Assembly: GCF_006345805.1 (NCBI RefSeq)
Contig: NC_042997.1
Location: 16,864,001 to 16,928,000, forward strand
Direction: 5' to 3'
Origin: Octopus sinensis
Lineage: Eukaryota
Length of the DNA stretch: 64,000 nt
In this document: positions 1-13,490 of the stretch, one piece after another
Numbering within the stretch: the stretch's first letter is position 1
How the letters are laid out: each line of letters starts with the position of its first letter
Notes under the pieces: model-generated
Database searches by the model: none
Told to the model about the DNA's origin: nothing
What the model saw: the letters and a program-made list of their open reading frames with translations, nothing else
Program-made: the position numbers and the translations under genes

Positions 1-373
1 TTCCATCTTCTATGTTCCTGCTGTAAGGCTTCACTTCCACACACGCCAGCTTAATTCAATTCGTCCTTAGTTGAAAGACACCTGTTGTTTGTATTTTTAA
101 TTGTGTACCATTTCTCCATATTTTTTCTTCCTTGTTTTTGTATACATTCGCTTGCTTTCTTCCAAAGAATCTACTGCTCTTAGCTTAAATTTTCTTGGGG
201 CTGGCCAGATTAGAGCAGTCTTGAGAGTAACTGGCTGAAACTTCAAAGACAATCTGATACTCGACTGAAGATTGAAAGCTCTGAATGATCCGTCCTTGTT
301 TTTTCCTGTCATTTTTTGTATTGTTTAACTGTCTGAATGTTTTGTAGTTGCATGTTATGTTCTTGTTCCATTA

Positions 374-456
<83 letters not shown>

Positions 457-935
457 GTGTAAGCATGTGTATTTTCCCCATAAATTTATGTATCTGTACC
501 TGTATAGGGAGATGCATGTTTACTATCTAGTGAGGATATGCATAAAATTAACTACACAAATGTACATATGTATCTAGCTACTGCAGATAAAAAAATGTAT
601 ATAAGCAACAGAAATAATAATATGCTTTCTTATCTTCAGAGCCAATCCATAAAAACAAATTTCTTACTCAGTTTAATATCAACTTAAGCACAATATTTTG
701 ATACAAACCAATGAATTCTTCTTGTCTCTGACTTGTGTTTTTATACAAATTTAACCTCCCCATCATCTCTTTATTTTCATCCACCCAATCAAACTATCCG
801 TAGAATTTTTTTCTGCAGAAATATTTTTTATACCATGTAATATTTTCCAGCCACATTGCACTATTCACAAGATGAACCAAAAATATGTGTAAGGTTTGGA
901 AAATTAAAAGTATTTTACAGTATTTCTTTTATTCA

Positions 936-1266
936 TTTACTCAATTCAGTCATGTGACTGTGGCCATGCTGGAGCACCACCTTTAGTTGAACAATTCAAC
1001 CCCAGGACTTATTCTTTGTAAGCCTATCAGTCTTTTTTGTTGAGGTGCTTGTGAAGCAATGGTGGATAAGTGGGGGGGGGGGAGCACACACACACACACA
1101 CAATGGGCTTCTTTCAGTTCCCATCTATCAAATCCACTTAGAAGGCTTTGGTCGGCCTGAGGCTTTAATAGAAGACACTTACTTGCCCAAGGTGCTACAC
1201 AGTGGGACTGAACCTGAAACCATGTGGTTGGGAAGTAAGCTTCTTACCACACAGCCATGCTGTGCC
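936..1266 (-). mobile_element. tRNA-derived SINE, family A, diverged copy
   Basis: Collinear with the young copies at 15670-16069 and 60563-60914 (ggccatgctggagcacc, ttctttcagtt, agaagacactt, cttaccacacagcc). Confidence 0.8.
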
Positions 1267-1639
1267 TAAAGAAACTAAGTTGAAACTTTGCAGTTATAGT
1301 CAAAATTTAATTGAAAAATAAAATATGTATAGTTGAATTTCCCTTTATTCCTAAGCCAATAACTTTCATGCTCAATTGCAAATTTATGCATATTTATTTT
1401 GTATGCTCAGCACATTGCACAAAAATGATACTTTTCCCATTTATTACTTCTGATCTACAGGAAGTCTCTAATTATCTCAATGTGCTGATAGTTTTCCTTG
1501 TCAGCAAAGAAAAATAGCTGCATGTACATCATCAGACTTGGTTTCCTTCTAAGTCACTATGGCAAAACTTAGAACTTGAAATGTCTATTAGTTAACTTGT
1601 CATTATTAAAATGCTAAGCATGGTCATCTTGCTCAGTAA

Positions 1640-1950
1640 TCTAGTAGGTTGGAGATGTATGAGGGCTGAAATCCATGAAAGACTTATAATACAATATAAG
1701 AACAGTATTTTGGTACTATAGACTGCCTATCAATGGATTGACAAATATTTAAAAAATGGTTGCAAAATTGTCACATAAGAAGGAAGAGCCAGATTTTGAT
1801 CCTATCCAGTGCTGTTGATCATGCTGAATAAGTCTAGTGCACATTACTGTTAAACAGGTGGGTGACTGTTGACAATGTGGCAAATAATATGCAAATTAGT
1901 CATGCCTCTACCTACAGAATCATCTGTAACAAATTTGGACAAAGTTAAAA
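1640..1950 (+). pseudogene. Decayed mariner transposase N-terminal (DNA-binding) fragment
   Basis: Broken frames give AEIHERL...YQWIDK and LLNRWVTVDNVANNMQISHASTYRIICNKFG, resembling the mariner HTH region (NRRVTIDEVA..LQISHGSAY.II...LG). Confidence 0.65.
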
Positions 1951-2739
1951 TAATGGAAAAATCCATACCTACACCATAGTGACTATAGGGATGCTATATC
2001 CACTGATGCATATACACATAATTTTCTTACCAAAAGCAAAAAAATTATATGTGCATTGTGGATTGTTAATGATCCACACTGCTCTTATTTAAAGTAAACA
2101 AATAACAGAACAGCCATGGTTTATATAATATAACAATGACAACTTAATTGATGTTTCAAATTTAAAACTGTGCCATTTTGACTAGAAGGAGACCATGTCT
2201 AGTGATGCATTTACAAACAATTCTCCTGCTAACAGGAAAAAATTATAAGTGTATTGCTGATAATTAATGACTCATCATTAATTATGTTTCATCACATTTC
2301 TTTTTCATGTTTTTATAAGAAAAGCAAAAGCACTTTGTTGTTAACAGAGGTAACTGTTCTCAATTTCTTTTTCCCTATTTGTTGACAAAACTTTTTCTAC
2401 ACTGTTACGAGATAAACTACTACAATGATATAATTAGTACTTCTATTAGTACTTTCTATGGCAAGAAATTTATCAAGTTGTAATGAGCTTATATTTGGGA
2501 GAAAATGAAATAAATGAAATAGTAAACACAGTTTAAAAAGTTTGTTGATCACAATTTTCATTTTAATCTGAAAATTGTGACCTTTCTACTATTTCAGTCA
2601 GTAATATTTTTATTTCTCCTCCACTTTTCTCACTTTGCTGATATTATCAACATCTGGACTAAGGATAAAGCAATTATCTCAACAAATAACATTACTCATG
2701 TAGTTACAGCATTTGTAAAGTTTGAAATAAGTTAGTTAC

Positions 2740-3000
2740 AAATCATATTGATCTGGGTTGTTTGTCAAAGATTTACAGATGAAACTGACATGAAGCTAGA
2801 TTCATGATAGATATGAGAAAATCGAAAATTCTAACAGTTACTTTATTGGAACTTAGACAAAATCTATAATTAGATACACCTCAGGCCAAGTAATTCCAGG
2901 TAACACACTCAAGTCATTGGCAAATTGAGTATGTTGCTGAAGGTTGAAACTGGATTACTTAATATGTATGAATGAATTCGTAGATTCAGAGATGGAGCAG
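2740..3000 (+). pseudogene. Possible degenerate Dong/R4-type RT fragment
   Basis: RFTDETDMKLDS resembles R4-clade RIFSDDIGMKFGLDKC. Heavily decayed. Confidence 0.3.
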
Positions 3001-3155
3001 GGTAAGTTTAACACTCCAACTCTCCTTTAATTAGTTATCATAATAATAATTTATTATTTATCTAGTTTTGATATTTATAATATAGCAAATACCAAAAAAT
3101 AGAGAAATCAGAAGCAAAATGAGGAAACTGTTTACTCCATTTCTCTCTCTCTGTA

Positions 3156-3197
<42 letters not shown>

Positions 3198-3398
3198 CAG
3201 AAGGCGCATGGCTTAGTGGTTAGGGCATTTGGCTCACAATTGTAAGCTCATGAGTTCGATTCCTGGTGATGCATTGTGTCCTTGAGCAAGGCACTTTATT
3301 TCATATTGCTCCAGTCCACTCAGCTGGCAAAAATGAGTTGTACCTGTATTTCAAAGGACTGTCCTTGTCACACTCTGTGTCACACCGAATCTCCCTGA
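3198..3398 (+). mobile_element. tRNA-derived SINE, family B
   Basis: A-box tggcttagtgg, B-box gagttcgattcc, then core gtgtccttgagcaaggcactt...ccactcagctgg. Confidence 0.8.
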
Positions 3399-3410
3399 GG
3401 GACTGCTCCT

Positions 3411-3438
3411 TTATATATATATATATTATATATATATA

Positions 3439-3526
<88 letters not shown>

Positions 3527-3550
3527 ATATATATATATAATATATATATA

Positions 3551-3621
<71 letters not shown>

Positions 3622-3660
3622 TTATATATATATATATATAATATATATACATATATATCA
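3411..3660. repeat. Compound (TA)n/(TG)n microsatellite (representative; others at 377-455, 6337-6400, 17134-17402, 27041-27100, 36129-36241, 47282-47353, 48470-48580)
   Basis: Directly visible. These arrays produce the YIYIYI, CVCVCV and THTHTH ORFs. Confidence 0.98.
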
Positions 3661-3663
3661 TCA

Positions 3664-3753
3664 TCATCATCATCATCGTTTAACGTCCGCTTTCCATGCT
3701 AGCATGGGTTGGACGGTTCAACTGGGGTCTGGGAAGCCCGAAGGCTGCACCAG

Positions 3754-3757
<4 letters not shown>
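3664..3757 (-). mobile_element. 3' fragment of retroposon family C ((GAT)n-tailed)
   Basis: Reverse complement of ccaacccatgctagcatggaaagcggacgttaaacgatgatg, also present at 4020-4140, 10200-10361 and 44161-44295. Confidence 0.8.
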
Positions 3758-3799
<42 letters not shown>

Positions 3800-3879
3800 T
3801 GTGTGTGTATATATATATAAATATTATATACATATATGTGAGACGAGGTGTTGAAGCATGATCTTTAAATGTTGGATCT

Positions 3880-4140
3880 GACATGCTGTGCTTGAGCAGA
3901 CCTGTCAAACCAAGTGAAATCGTAGTCATGGCTGATGCCAGTGCCATCTGACTGGCACCCATGCCAGTGGCATGTAAAATGCATCCACTTCTATCTTAGA
4001 GTGGTTGGCATTAGGAAGGGCATCCAGCTGTAGAAACCTTACCAAATCAGATTGGAATGTGGTGCAGTTCTCCAGCTTATCAGTTTTCAGTCAAACTGTC
4101 CAACCCATGCCAGCTTGGAAAGTGGATGTTAAACGATGAT
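3880..4140 (+). mobile_element. Retroposon family C 3' portion
   Basis: ggcattaggaagggcatccagctgtagaaac...tccaacccatgccagc...gttaaacgatgat. Confidence 0.8.
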
Positions 4141-6337
4141 AATGATATACATATATATATATGCATACATACATATATATATATATACATCCTATAATTT
4201 TGCTATTAATACAGGATGATTGGCAACTCCTTTAAACTTAAAAAATGATAGTAAATAACATAAAATCAATATTCATATGATTTTTAACATGATGCATTTC
4301 AATATTTTGACTTTTGATGTAACACATATGAATATGAAATAGCACTAATAAAGTAATAAAATTGAAAATTGTGCAGAGATTTCCTAATCAACTTATTTAG
4401 AGGAATGAACTTCAATATTAAAACATAACAGACATTTAAATAGGAAACAGTTAAATAGGGAATCACCATCATTATCAGAACCTAGAATGATATGCATTGT
4501 CAATACCAACACCACCGCTGCTACCAACATATTGCTGCACCACCACCACCACCACCACAACCTCCACCCCCTACACCACCCAGTGTTCTTGAAAAGAAAA
4601 AAATAAAGAAAAATATCAGCTTCATAGTTCTATTAACATGAAAAAATATCAGTATGATACTAGGGTGGGATTAAAAATAACTAAAATAAAAGCTACTACT
4701 GTCATCAAAGTTTCTATATTTCAGATATTTGAATTCTGTTGTATTTTTTTCTTTCTTTTCTTTTCTTTTTATCATTTGCTTATGAAGAACAACACTAGCT
4801 CTATCTTGATCTATATTTAAGGTATTAATCACATACATTTCCAAGTGAAACTCATTTGTGCATCGGCAACTTCTTACAAACTCTATTATAGATATTGTTA
4901 AACATACAATTTATGTTCCCTGATCTCCAACGTCTCACTCAATATCTTTCTGTCTCTCCTCTTTTATATATATATATATATATATATGAATGAAAATATG
5001 TCAAAGGGATGACAAATTCTGTGTAGTTATTTAAAATATGTCTTAATGCTAGCTTTCCAGTTGCTCTATTTGATACAATTTTGCAAGGAAATGAGTAGAG
5101 TTCCAATAGTGGTCTTTGGCGATGGTAATGGTGGTGGTAGTCGAAAGGTAGCAAAAAGCAGGCTGGTTTTTCTCCTCTAATCACTTCTCTACAAGCAACA
5201 TTCAATTACTTGAAAGAACAAAGGCTAAAAATTTCAAGCTAGATAAGTTTTGTCATAGCAACATGCTCATTAATGCAGTCTCAGCAGCGAAGTTGAGGTA
5301 AAGAAGATGATGGTAAATAGCAGTGCTGTCAAAGTCTGTTTGAAGTTACACTTTTCTTCATTTTCTGTTTCCTATATAAACTAGTACCAAAATGTAGGAG
5401 TTGGAGTGACCAGTTCCTTGTTATTATGGAATGCTGTTTCATGGCAATAGATCCAAAAAGAAAAAGTAAGAAAAATTACATACATATATAATGAAAAAAA
5501 CCCCACTCCCAGTGTATACACACACACGCACACACACACATACATATATATTCCTTTAAGATAAATACAAAAAATGAAGTCAGAAATTTTTAGTGAAGGA
5601 GAAATGAAAATGACAATCAGTGAGATGAAAAGTAAGGGAAAAATTATAATTTGTTTATACCCATAATCCTTTGATTCTATAAACTTATCATGCATGGATT
5701 AGGAGCCATCTAATTTGAAAGCAAAAATTTGATACTTTCCAAGTTTACAAAATAATGAGAAAGCAAGGCCATTGTTGATCTCTCTCTCTCTCACTCTCTC
5801 TCTCTCTTATTCTCTTTTGCTTTCATTGTCTTTCTTTCCTTATGTCTGTCTTACAAAATATTTTTTGTTTCTAATTGCTTTCTTTGTTCAGTAATTTGAA
5901 GTTCCCCCTATATTAAAAACAGACGTTCTTTAAAAACAGAGGGAGAGAAAAAAACCCAAAACAAACGAGAAGAGGGAAATAAAAATTCCTGACAAGACAT
6001 CAACTTTTGGCAGACACTTCCAATTTTACAAATAAACAAAGAATAAGTAGTGCTACAGTGGAAACTATAAGACTGAATCCATTGTATTGTGCCAATTAAG
6101 CAAGATATGTTTGTCTGCTTCCCTCAATTATTGAACCATAAAATCTTTTTCTTTAAAAACTTTTCTTTATCTAGACTGAAGCAAGGTTGTGTAGTTAAAA
6201 ATTTGCTTTGCAGTCACCTAATTCTGAGTCCAATCTCACTGCATATCATCTAAGGCAAGTGTCATCTACTCTAGCTTTGAGTTGTCAAATACATTGTAAG
6301 CAAAACCTGATTGATGGTAACTGTGCAGAAGCCCATC

Positions 6338-6399
<62 letters not shown>

Positions 6400-6708
6400 T
6401 ATATATGTATGTATGTGTGTGTGTATATTTATAAATATATATTGAAACACTCCTGTCACAACCTGGGACCTTGAAGACTGCTTTAATACAAGAAAGTATA
6501 CTAGTCCCTTAATATTTTATATTCAGTATTTCATCTATTCAATAAGACAATCAATACTTCATTTCATTTTACTGTATATATTATTTATACTATATATTCT
6601 ATATTCTACATTAATATTGTAAAGAATATAAATAAAACATAAAAAACATACAAAGTTGGAATTTCTTTGAATAATATACATCCCTCTATACACAATCATA
6701 CAAACCCC

Positions 6709-6750
<42 letters not shown>

Positions 6751-6759
6751 AATTTCAGG

Positions 6760-7475
6760 ATTCAAGTGAATCAGGTACTTAAATAGTAAAGTACCATGGT
6801 TGGGTTGGTGATATCGCTATCATGTACAAACAATATTTGAAGACAAATGCATACTTACTAAAGTAAACACAAGTTTATATTCCAGTTGTGCATACAATCA
6901 CAAATGGCTGACTGAATATATGTGTCCTCAGTGTTGCACATGATTACAAACACTGCATTCATTGTACTGCATTCAATAGACTTCAGACTCAAGTGAACTG
7001 CAGGTTCTGAGTTAGATGAATGATAAACAAGTAACAACAGATGATATCAGGTGAAGGTCATAGAACATCCAGGCCCATATATTAGTGGGAGTAGCTGTTG
7101 CAAAATCTGCATCACAGAGAGAACCAAAATTGTTAAGGACTATGCTATGCCTGATATATTAAATAATCATAAAGAAATTTTCTAAAAATGTGTTCATTTT
7201 AAGAGCTACCTACTGGAAAATTGAATTTCCCCATTTGCTGGTTAGGCTAATATGAGACCGTAAAGATTTTGAATAGACCTTCTTTTATCCTCTAGTCCAG
7301 GGAAGATAACCTGTCCTCAATAACGCTTTATAGGTCAGTCGCTGGGCCTCATTATCATAGTATTTCCTCATGCCCACGAGGTAGAAAGTTAAATTTGTCT
7401 TTGTATAGAGTCTGATGAGCTGTCCACAAGGCTGTAGCTTTCATAGATATGAAACCATTGGTCACTCTATGACCA
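6760..7475 (+). mobile_element. Decayed Penelope-like element 3' end (GIY-YIG C-terminus plus pLTR with hammerhead motif)
   Basis: 7043-7224 translates as YQVKVIEHPGPYISGSSCCKICITERTKIVKDYAMPDILNNHKEIF*KCVHFKSYLLEN*, like the PLE consensus WKI...PY..GS..C.LC..EK..I....LLN.R.E...KC.H..K.LL. Hammerhead motif follows at 7405-7470. Confidence 0.7.
7405..7470 (+). ncRNA. Type I hammerhead ribozyme-like motif with intact catalytic core
   Basis: Stem I ATAGAGT(7405-7411)/ACTCTAT(7464-7470); CTGATGA 7412-7418; GAAA 7451-7454; stem III ACC-ATT-GGT; cleavage triplet GUC ending 7463. Stem II is irregular. Confidence 0.65.
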
Positions 7476-8899
7476 GATTTTAAGTTTATTCCAGATCTCT
7501 ACTCTCTGAGTGCAAAACTCACCAAAACCAAACTTGCCTTTCATCCTTTTTGAATCAGTTCTGGGATCAATTTTTAGCTCTCATAAGCTCTCTCTGGAAT
7601 AAATCAGCTGTGGTCAGACTGTAAAAGGGATGTGTTCTGCAAGGTTTAAAATGAATTCCTACAACTCCACTGGGAGTTGAAGGAAAGAAGGAAGGAAGGA
7701 ATACATGCACAAATACACACACACATGTATGTGTTTTTTTTTGTGTGTGTGTATATATGTCTGTGTATACTAGTGTAGAAAAAGGATTTGAGTTTTGTTC
7801 TTTTAGGCATTTGATAAATCAATCAATAAATAATAAAATTAACACCAGATTGAAATTAGCATTTCAGTTTTGAAGTTTTTCAAATGGTGGAATTAGCAGT
7901 TCACCACTTGAAAGTGATACCCAAGTATGGTTGCAATCTTATGACTGAAGTTAGTAAAGTGATAAATGAATGAAAGAATTGCATGCTACGAGTTTATATT
8001 TGATTACAGACAACAAATTGGCAAATTTAAACAATACCAACTATGTTGTACCATTGTCCACAGCACATAGCTTTGCTTACTGCAATTTACCTATCTGAAT
8101 AGTTGTATCCATTTATGAAATACTTTCAGTTGCAAAAGCAAATGATCTATCAGCTATCTCAGCTTGCTAAGAAAAAAAAAAAAAAGCAGCATCTATATAT
8201 CACACCATTATATCTTTATGTATTAAAATAATGAAGGATGAGTCTGAAATGTACAGGATGATCACTGATGGAATGCCTTTTAGCATATGACTGTTTGATA
8301 AATGCTGACATTGAGCTAAGCAACGACAATATTAATAACTGAGTCATCAATATGCAGATGTAGAAATTTGAAGAAAACAATTGTAACCATAGCATTATGA
8401 AAATAGATTTAAAATAGTAACAATAAACAATACACCAAAGCTTTGTAATCAGAGATATCCATCAATAAGTAATTTGTTTTAGTGACTTCAAGAAAGAATT
8501 TACTGCAGCGTCTTTTTCTCTCAGCAAGTTCTTTTGTATGCTATCATAGACGAAAGAATTTAGTATTGAAAATATTTCACTGAAATGAACATTACTATGT
8601 ACTTACTAGTATATTAAAGATTAAACTTTAACATATAATATATTTTTAGTTCATTCAATCATTTTATGTCTGTTCTTCCATACTAGCATGGGTTGGGGTG
8701 ATACTTATTTATTAAGGCATTGTTTTGCTGCCAGATGACCATCCGATTATTAACTATTATCTGTTTGTCAAGTAAAGGATTTTTTTCAATACCATTTGTT
8801 TTTAAAAGTGTAGAGTTAGAAGATAATTAGTTGGCAGAGAATACAAACGTAGGTATTTTTTACTCAAGGCTTTCATGTGAAGATGCAAAATATTCATGG

Positions 8900-9235
8900 C
8901 TGTATAGTAAGAAGCTTGTTTCCCAACTACATGGTTCTGGGTAAGTGTCTTCTAGTATAGCCTTAGGTCAACCAAAGCCTTGTGAATAGATTTTGGTAGA
9001 CAAAAACTGAAAAGAGCCTGTCATATGTGTGTGTGTGTGTGTGAGTGTCTGTCTGTCTGTTTTGTCCCACCACCACCACTACCGCTTGACAACCAGTGTT
9101 GGTGTGTCTTAGCAATTCAGCAGAGATCGATAGAATAAGTACTAGGCTTAAAATAATAAAACTACTGGGGTTGATTCATTCAACTAAAATTCTTCAAGGC
9201 CACAGTCTAATGATTGAAATAAGTAATAGAATATG
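8900..9235 (+). mobile_element. SINE family A, diverged copy
   Basis: ggctgtatagtaagaagcttg...caagtgtcttct...gatagaataagtact...gaaataagta. Confidence 0.75.
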
Positions 9236-10029
9236 AAACACACACACATACACACATGAAAGGTTTCTATACAGTTTTCATCAACTAATTTCACTCACAA
9301 GCTATTGGTTAGCTTGAAACTATGATGGAAGACACTTGCTCAAGATGCCATGCAGTGACATAAGATGGAACTCACAATCATAAGGTTATGAAGCAAATTC
9401 CATATCCATACATCTATACCTGCACCTCAGTTTATTAAAGAATCTGTAACTAAAGATAAAAGTGAAAATGATAGAGATAGTGGTAGGGTTAGATAATGTT
9501 GGTTTGTCAGATATTTAGAAGATTTTTAGCAGTTGAACTGAAGAATCTGAAGAAATTAGAAATGGTTTGCCTTAGCAAAAAGTAATATAAATTAGGGTTC
9601 TGCCCAAATTGTCATATTTCTTCTTTTGATCTTCTTCCTCATGACATATTATCTAGTTTGCTCTTTGAAGAATTTTTAATATTCTGAGGGCCTCCATGTG
9701 GTTGCCTGATCTGCTAGAAGTAGAAGCCAAATCTCCTTCAACTCACATTCTACCATCTTAAAAACATTAGAAGGCTACATTGAATAATGTAACTTGAGGA
9801 GACAGTATATCTAGAACATAATCAGGATGGTTGTGTCTGGAATGCCTTTGATCATAGGTCTACTCAATCAGAACCAACTTGGAGATAACAGTAACTTGTA
9901 ACAACTAGATACATTTAAGCTTATCTGTTATTCTTATTATATTATTTAATATTTGATTTATCATTGCTGGTCTTGCTGGTTTCAGTGAATGGGTATATAA
10001 ATTCCAAGAACTGAAAGTTGTCGGAGCAA

Positions 10030-10361
10030 GCGTTTTGTGTGTTAACAGCAGTTGCTAAAAGCACCATCCGAATGTGGCCAATGCCAGCACCACCTTGACT
10101 GGCTTCTGTGCTGATGGCACTTAAAAAGCACCAACCGATCGTGGCTCTTGCAAGCTTCCCCTGGCACCTGTGCCGGTGGCATATAAAAAGCACCCACTAC
10201 ACTCATGGAGTGGTTAGTGTTAGGAAGGGCATCCAGCTGTAGAAACACTGCCAGATTAGACTGGAGCCTGGTGCAGCCTCCAAGCTTCCCAGACCCTGGT
10301 CGAACCATCCAACCCATGCTATCATGGAAAACAGACGTTAAACAATGATGATGATGATGAT
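10030..10361 (+). mobile_element. Retroposon family C copy with (TGA)n tail
   Basis: Same 3' sequence as 3880-4140, ends aaacaatgatgatgatgatgat. Confidence 0.8.
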
Positions 10362-12673
10362 AAAAAGAATAATCTGTTGTGCTTGGCAACACAGTATAAT
10401 GTCTGTGGTGTAATTCGAAACGGTGCCCATTATAAAATTAGCAAAAAATTCAATGTTTTACCTTTAGTATCTCTTAATTTTGTAAATAAATTTATTGAAA
10501 GAGTTGATAATGTTCTTATTATCTTTTCATAAGTGATTAATTTATGAGAAGTGAAATCATTGGACAAGTCAAGAAGTCAATGTAAAATCTATGAATCTAA
10601 GTCTTTTAAACTTAATTTCAATTCTTTAACAAAAGGTCTATGAAAATGTTCATAAACCTGAGTTGGTGAGTGTGTTATGAATGTATGTGCATATGTATTC
10701 GTGTGTATAAGATATTTTGACTGTATCATAACTGATTGAGTCAGTAAGATGCATTCATGCATCCTTGTATGGAAATCATACTTTTGTCTATCTTTTATAA
10801 GAAGATTACAAACAGAATTAATAATTTGACCTCCCTCTCTGTGCCTGCAAAAGGCAGCTACTCGTGTGTTCAGCCTTGCCATCTATGTGTAGTTCTAAAG
10901 TACATATAAACCAATTATAAGTGCACAAGTGTTCAGTATTATAATCTTCTTTACACAGCTCATATTTCTGTCTTTTTCTCTCAGAACCACTTGAATGGTG
11001 AACAACCACTGAAAGCATGTGTTTTCATATGGAACTATCTACACCTGCTTAGCATTATGTGAGCATGCACAAATATAAATGCACACTAGCTGTGCAACTG
11101 AATGAAGTAGTAGATTAATATTCAGTCTTTTTGTAGCTGTGACAACTGTCTGTTGGGGTTGGGTAGCAATAAAGACTTGTTTTAAAAGAACAATGTATAA
11201 ATGCATATATATATATGATTATGTGCAAGTGTGTGCGTATGAGAGGGCAGTTTTCATCTCAACATGTGTGTGTATGAATATGTGTATTTATGGATGCTTT
11301 TGAGAGATGTTAATATCTCATTCATATTAATTTTTCTCTCTGTATAGAAACTTTCATATATTACCATATATGAAAGAATTTAGTATTGAGAATATTTTGC
11401 TGATATGAACATCATCGTGTACTGACTAGTATATTAAGAATTGGTAAATAGTGAGTTTTAATTTGCACCAACATGCCCTCTGATGTGCATATAAAGAGAC
11501 TTATACAAATATTTTGGTACTTAAAAGTATGTTCAAGTAAGTCATCTTCATCACTATTGCTGCTGTCACTGTTGTTATTGTTGTTAATGTTTTACAATCT
11601 ATTTTCCCATGCTGACATTGGCTGGACAGATCTGCTGTAGATTATACTGCCAGTTGTCTTGGTCTTTCATCACTCATTATTTTGATATTCAACCTTAACA
11701 CTTTGTTCTGTTTCATTTTGCCTGTAAGTACTCTCTACTAAATTACACAATCTTTTATAAGTCAGCATTCATTATTTATTTAATCTACTATTATAATTGT
11801 GTCTCTCAGGCACACATTAACCAATGCTGTATTCAGCTGGTTTTTTAAACTGTTTTTGTAGATATGTCACTCAACTCTGCTAAATATCTGAGAAATCTAC
11901 AGCACAAAGGTATCCTGTTGAAAAAGTTCATTGACATTATAAATATGCAATCTCATTCTTATTTAGAGCATGTTGCCTCAAAATTTATAACTTTAAACAT
12001 ATGATCTTTATTGTAGCAAAGTTAAGGACTCTGCTGAGATAACTTTTGCTGTTATACTTGGCTGGTCTTCTACACATTAAAATGCCTTTTGGTATTTTTT
12101 CACTACCCTTGTGATTTGTAATTGACTTTACTAACTTGGAACAACTTAGTATTTTTTTCCAGTAGAGTTCATTGGAGTAGATTTTTCTTTAATCCATTTA
12201 AACTTGGGGAAAACTCTTGGTTGTGAAATGAAGAATTAACTATCCTGCTTAAATTTCCAAACTAGAATCCTTGGGAAATGACTCTTTGCACTGTTCATTT
12301 TATCTTATAAGTTAATTTGATTTGTTAGTCTGATGTCATTAGATGAATGAACTCAGAAAGGTTTATTTAACATAGGACTCTAACACATTTATCCTCCAGA
12401 TTACTTTTCCATATGACAATTATATCAATTGAGCCAATACAAGTACATCTGCATGTTCACTCAAGATCTAGAATTAGCAACCAAATCTCTCTTTTGAATC
12501 AAATTCCAGCATCTTTTTTTAAAAAAAGAAGGATGTTTTGGAGAATATTGTCTGAAATAAAGTGTCTGAAAAGACTGCATGATCTTGACTAAAATGCTTT
12601 TGATCATAGGTATGCATATCAAGGTAGATCCACAGTTAAACAAAAACAACAGCAACAACAATTATTCAATTTA

Positions 12674-12746
12674 AGTTATATTTAAACTTATTTTCAGTTA
12701 TATTTAAACCTATTTTCAGTTATATTTAAACCTATTTTCAGTTATA
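12674..12746. repeat. 22-bp tandem repeat, 3.3 copies
   Basis: Unit agttatatttaaacctattttc at 12674, 12696 and 12718, partial copy at 12740. Confidence 0.95.
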
Positions 12747-13021
12747 ACATTGTGCAGAATTTGGTCTTATAGGTTGACTTTTTGGTAGAGTATGCATTAG
12801 ATATATTGGAGATTGTTTCACTCATCTTTAATCACATCTTCAAATTTGTGTCCATGTTTTTATGGCATAGTTATGTTGGAAGGAGTGGGGAAGGTATTTT
12901 TAAACTGAAGAATGCTTGCAACAGAGAGAATGATCATTTAATGCTTGAATTCTTCTGCCACTTCTTGTGACAATATAAATCCATTAGTAAAACTGAAGTA
13001 GATTGAATACAAAAATGCAAG

Positions 13022-13490
13022 GTTGGTTGATGTGCAGGATTGCTATGTAGTTCAAACGTTTGCTTCCCAACCAGGTAGCTTTGGTTCAGTCCCACTATGT
13101 GGGACTTTGGGTAAGTATTTTCTATTATAACTTCAGCCAACCAAAGCCTTGTGAGTGGATTTGGTAAACAGAAACTAAAAGAAGTTTATTGTATATGTGT
13201 GTTTGCATATATGTGTGTGTGTGTGTGTGTGTGTTTGTATCTACTTGTCTTGACATAATGTGATAGTTATAAACAAGTGTCATCGTCATGCACTTGGTGC
13301 CCCTCACTTCCAGTCATTCATGAAAAACATGTCCAGCTATGGGAAAATATTACCTTGTTTTGAAACAGGTGAGGGTTAGTGACAGGAAGGGCATTGGGCC
13401 ATAGAAAATCTGCTTCAATGTATTCCACCTGACTCATGCAAGTATGAGAAAGTGGACATTAAAACAATGATGATAATGATGATGATAACA
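13022..13490 (+). mobile_element. Old SINE with family-A-type head and (TGA)n tail (similar copies at 25646-26055 and 53770-54070)
   Basis: Head tttgcttcccaacc...ggttcagtcccac, then caaagccttgtgagtggatttgg, gaaaatctgc, aaaacaatgatgat. Confidence 0.7.

Noticed and set aside
97-312. 71-aa minus ORF in a GC-richer block at 1-345
   Set aside because: No recognisable domain or splice context. It looks like a dispersed repeat fragment, but there is no second copy in the window to support a call.
680-730. Minus-strand EFIGLY as a possible L1-family FIGQY tail
   Set aside because: Lacks the NEDGS context and Gln, and has no splice acceptor.
1490-1536. Minus-strand CTGATGA...GAAA spacings here and at 19627-19644, 51503-51535 and 55860-55901
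   Set aside because: No stem II or stem III/NUH geometry; chance matches.
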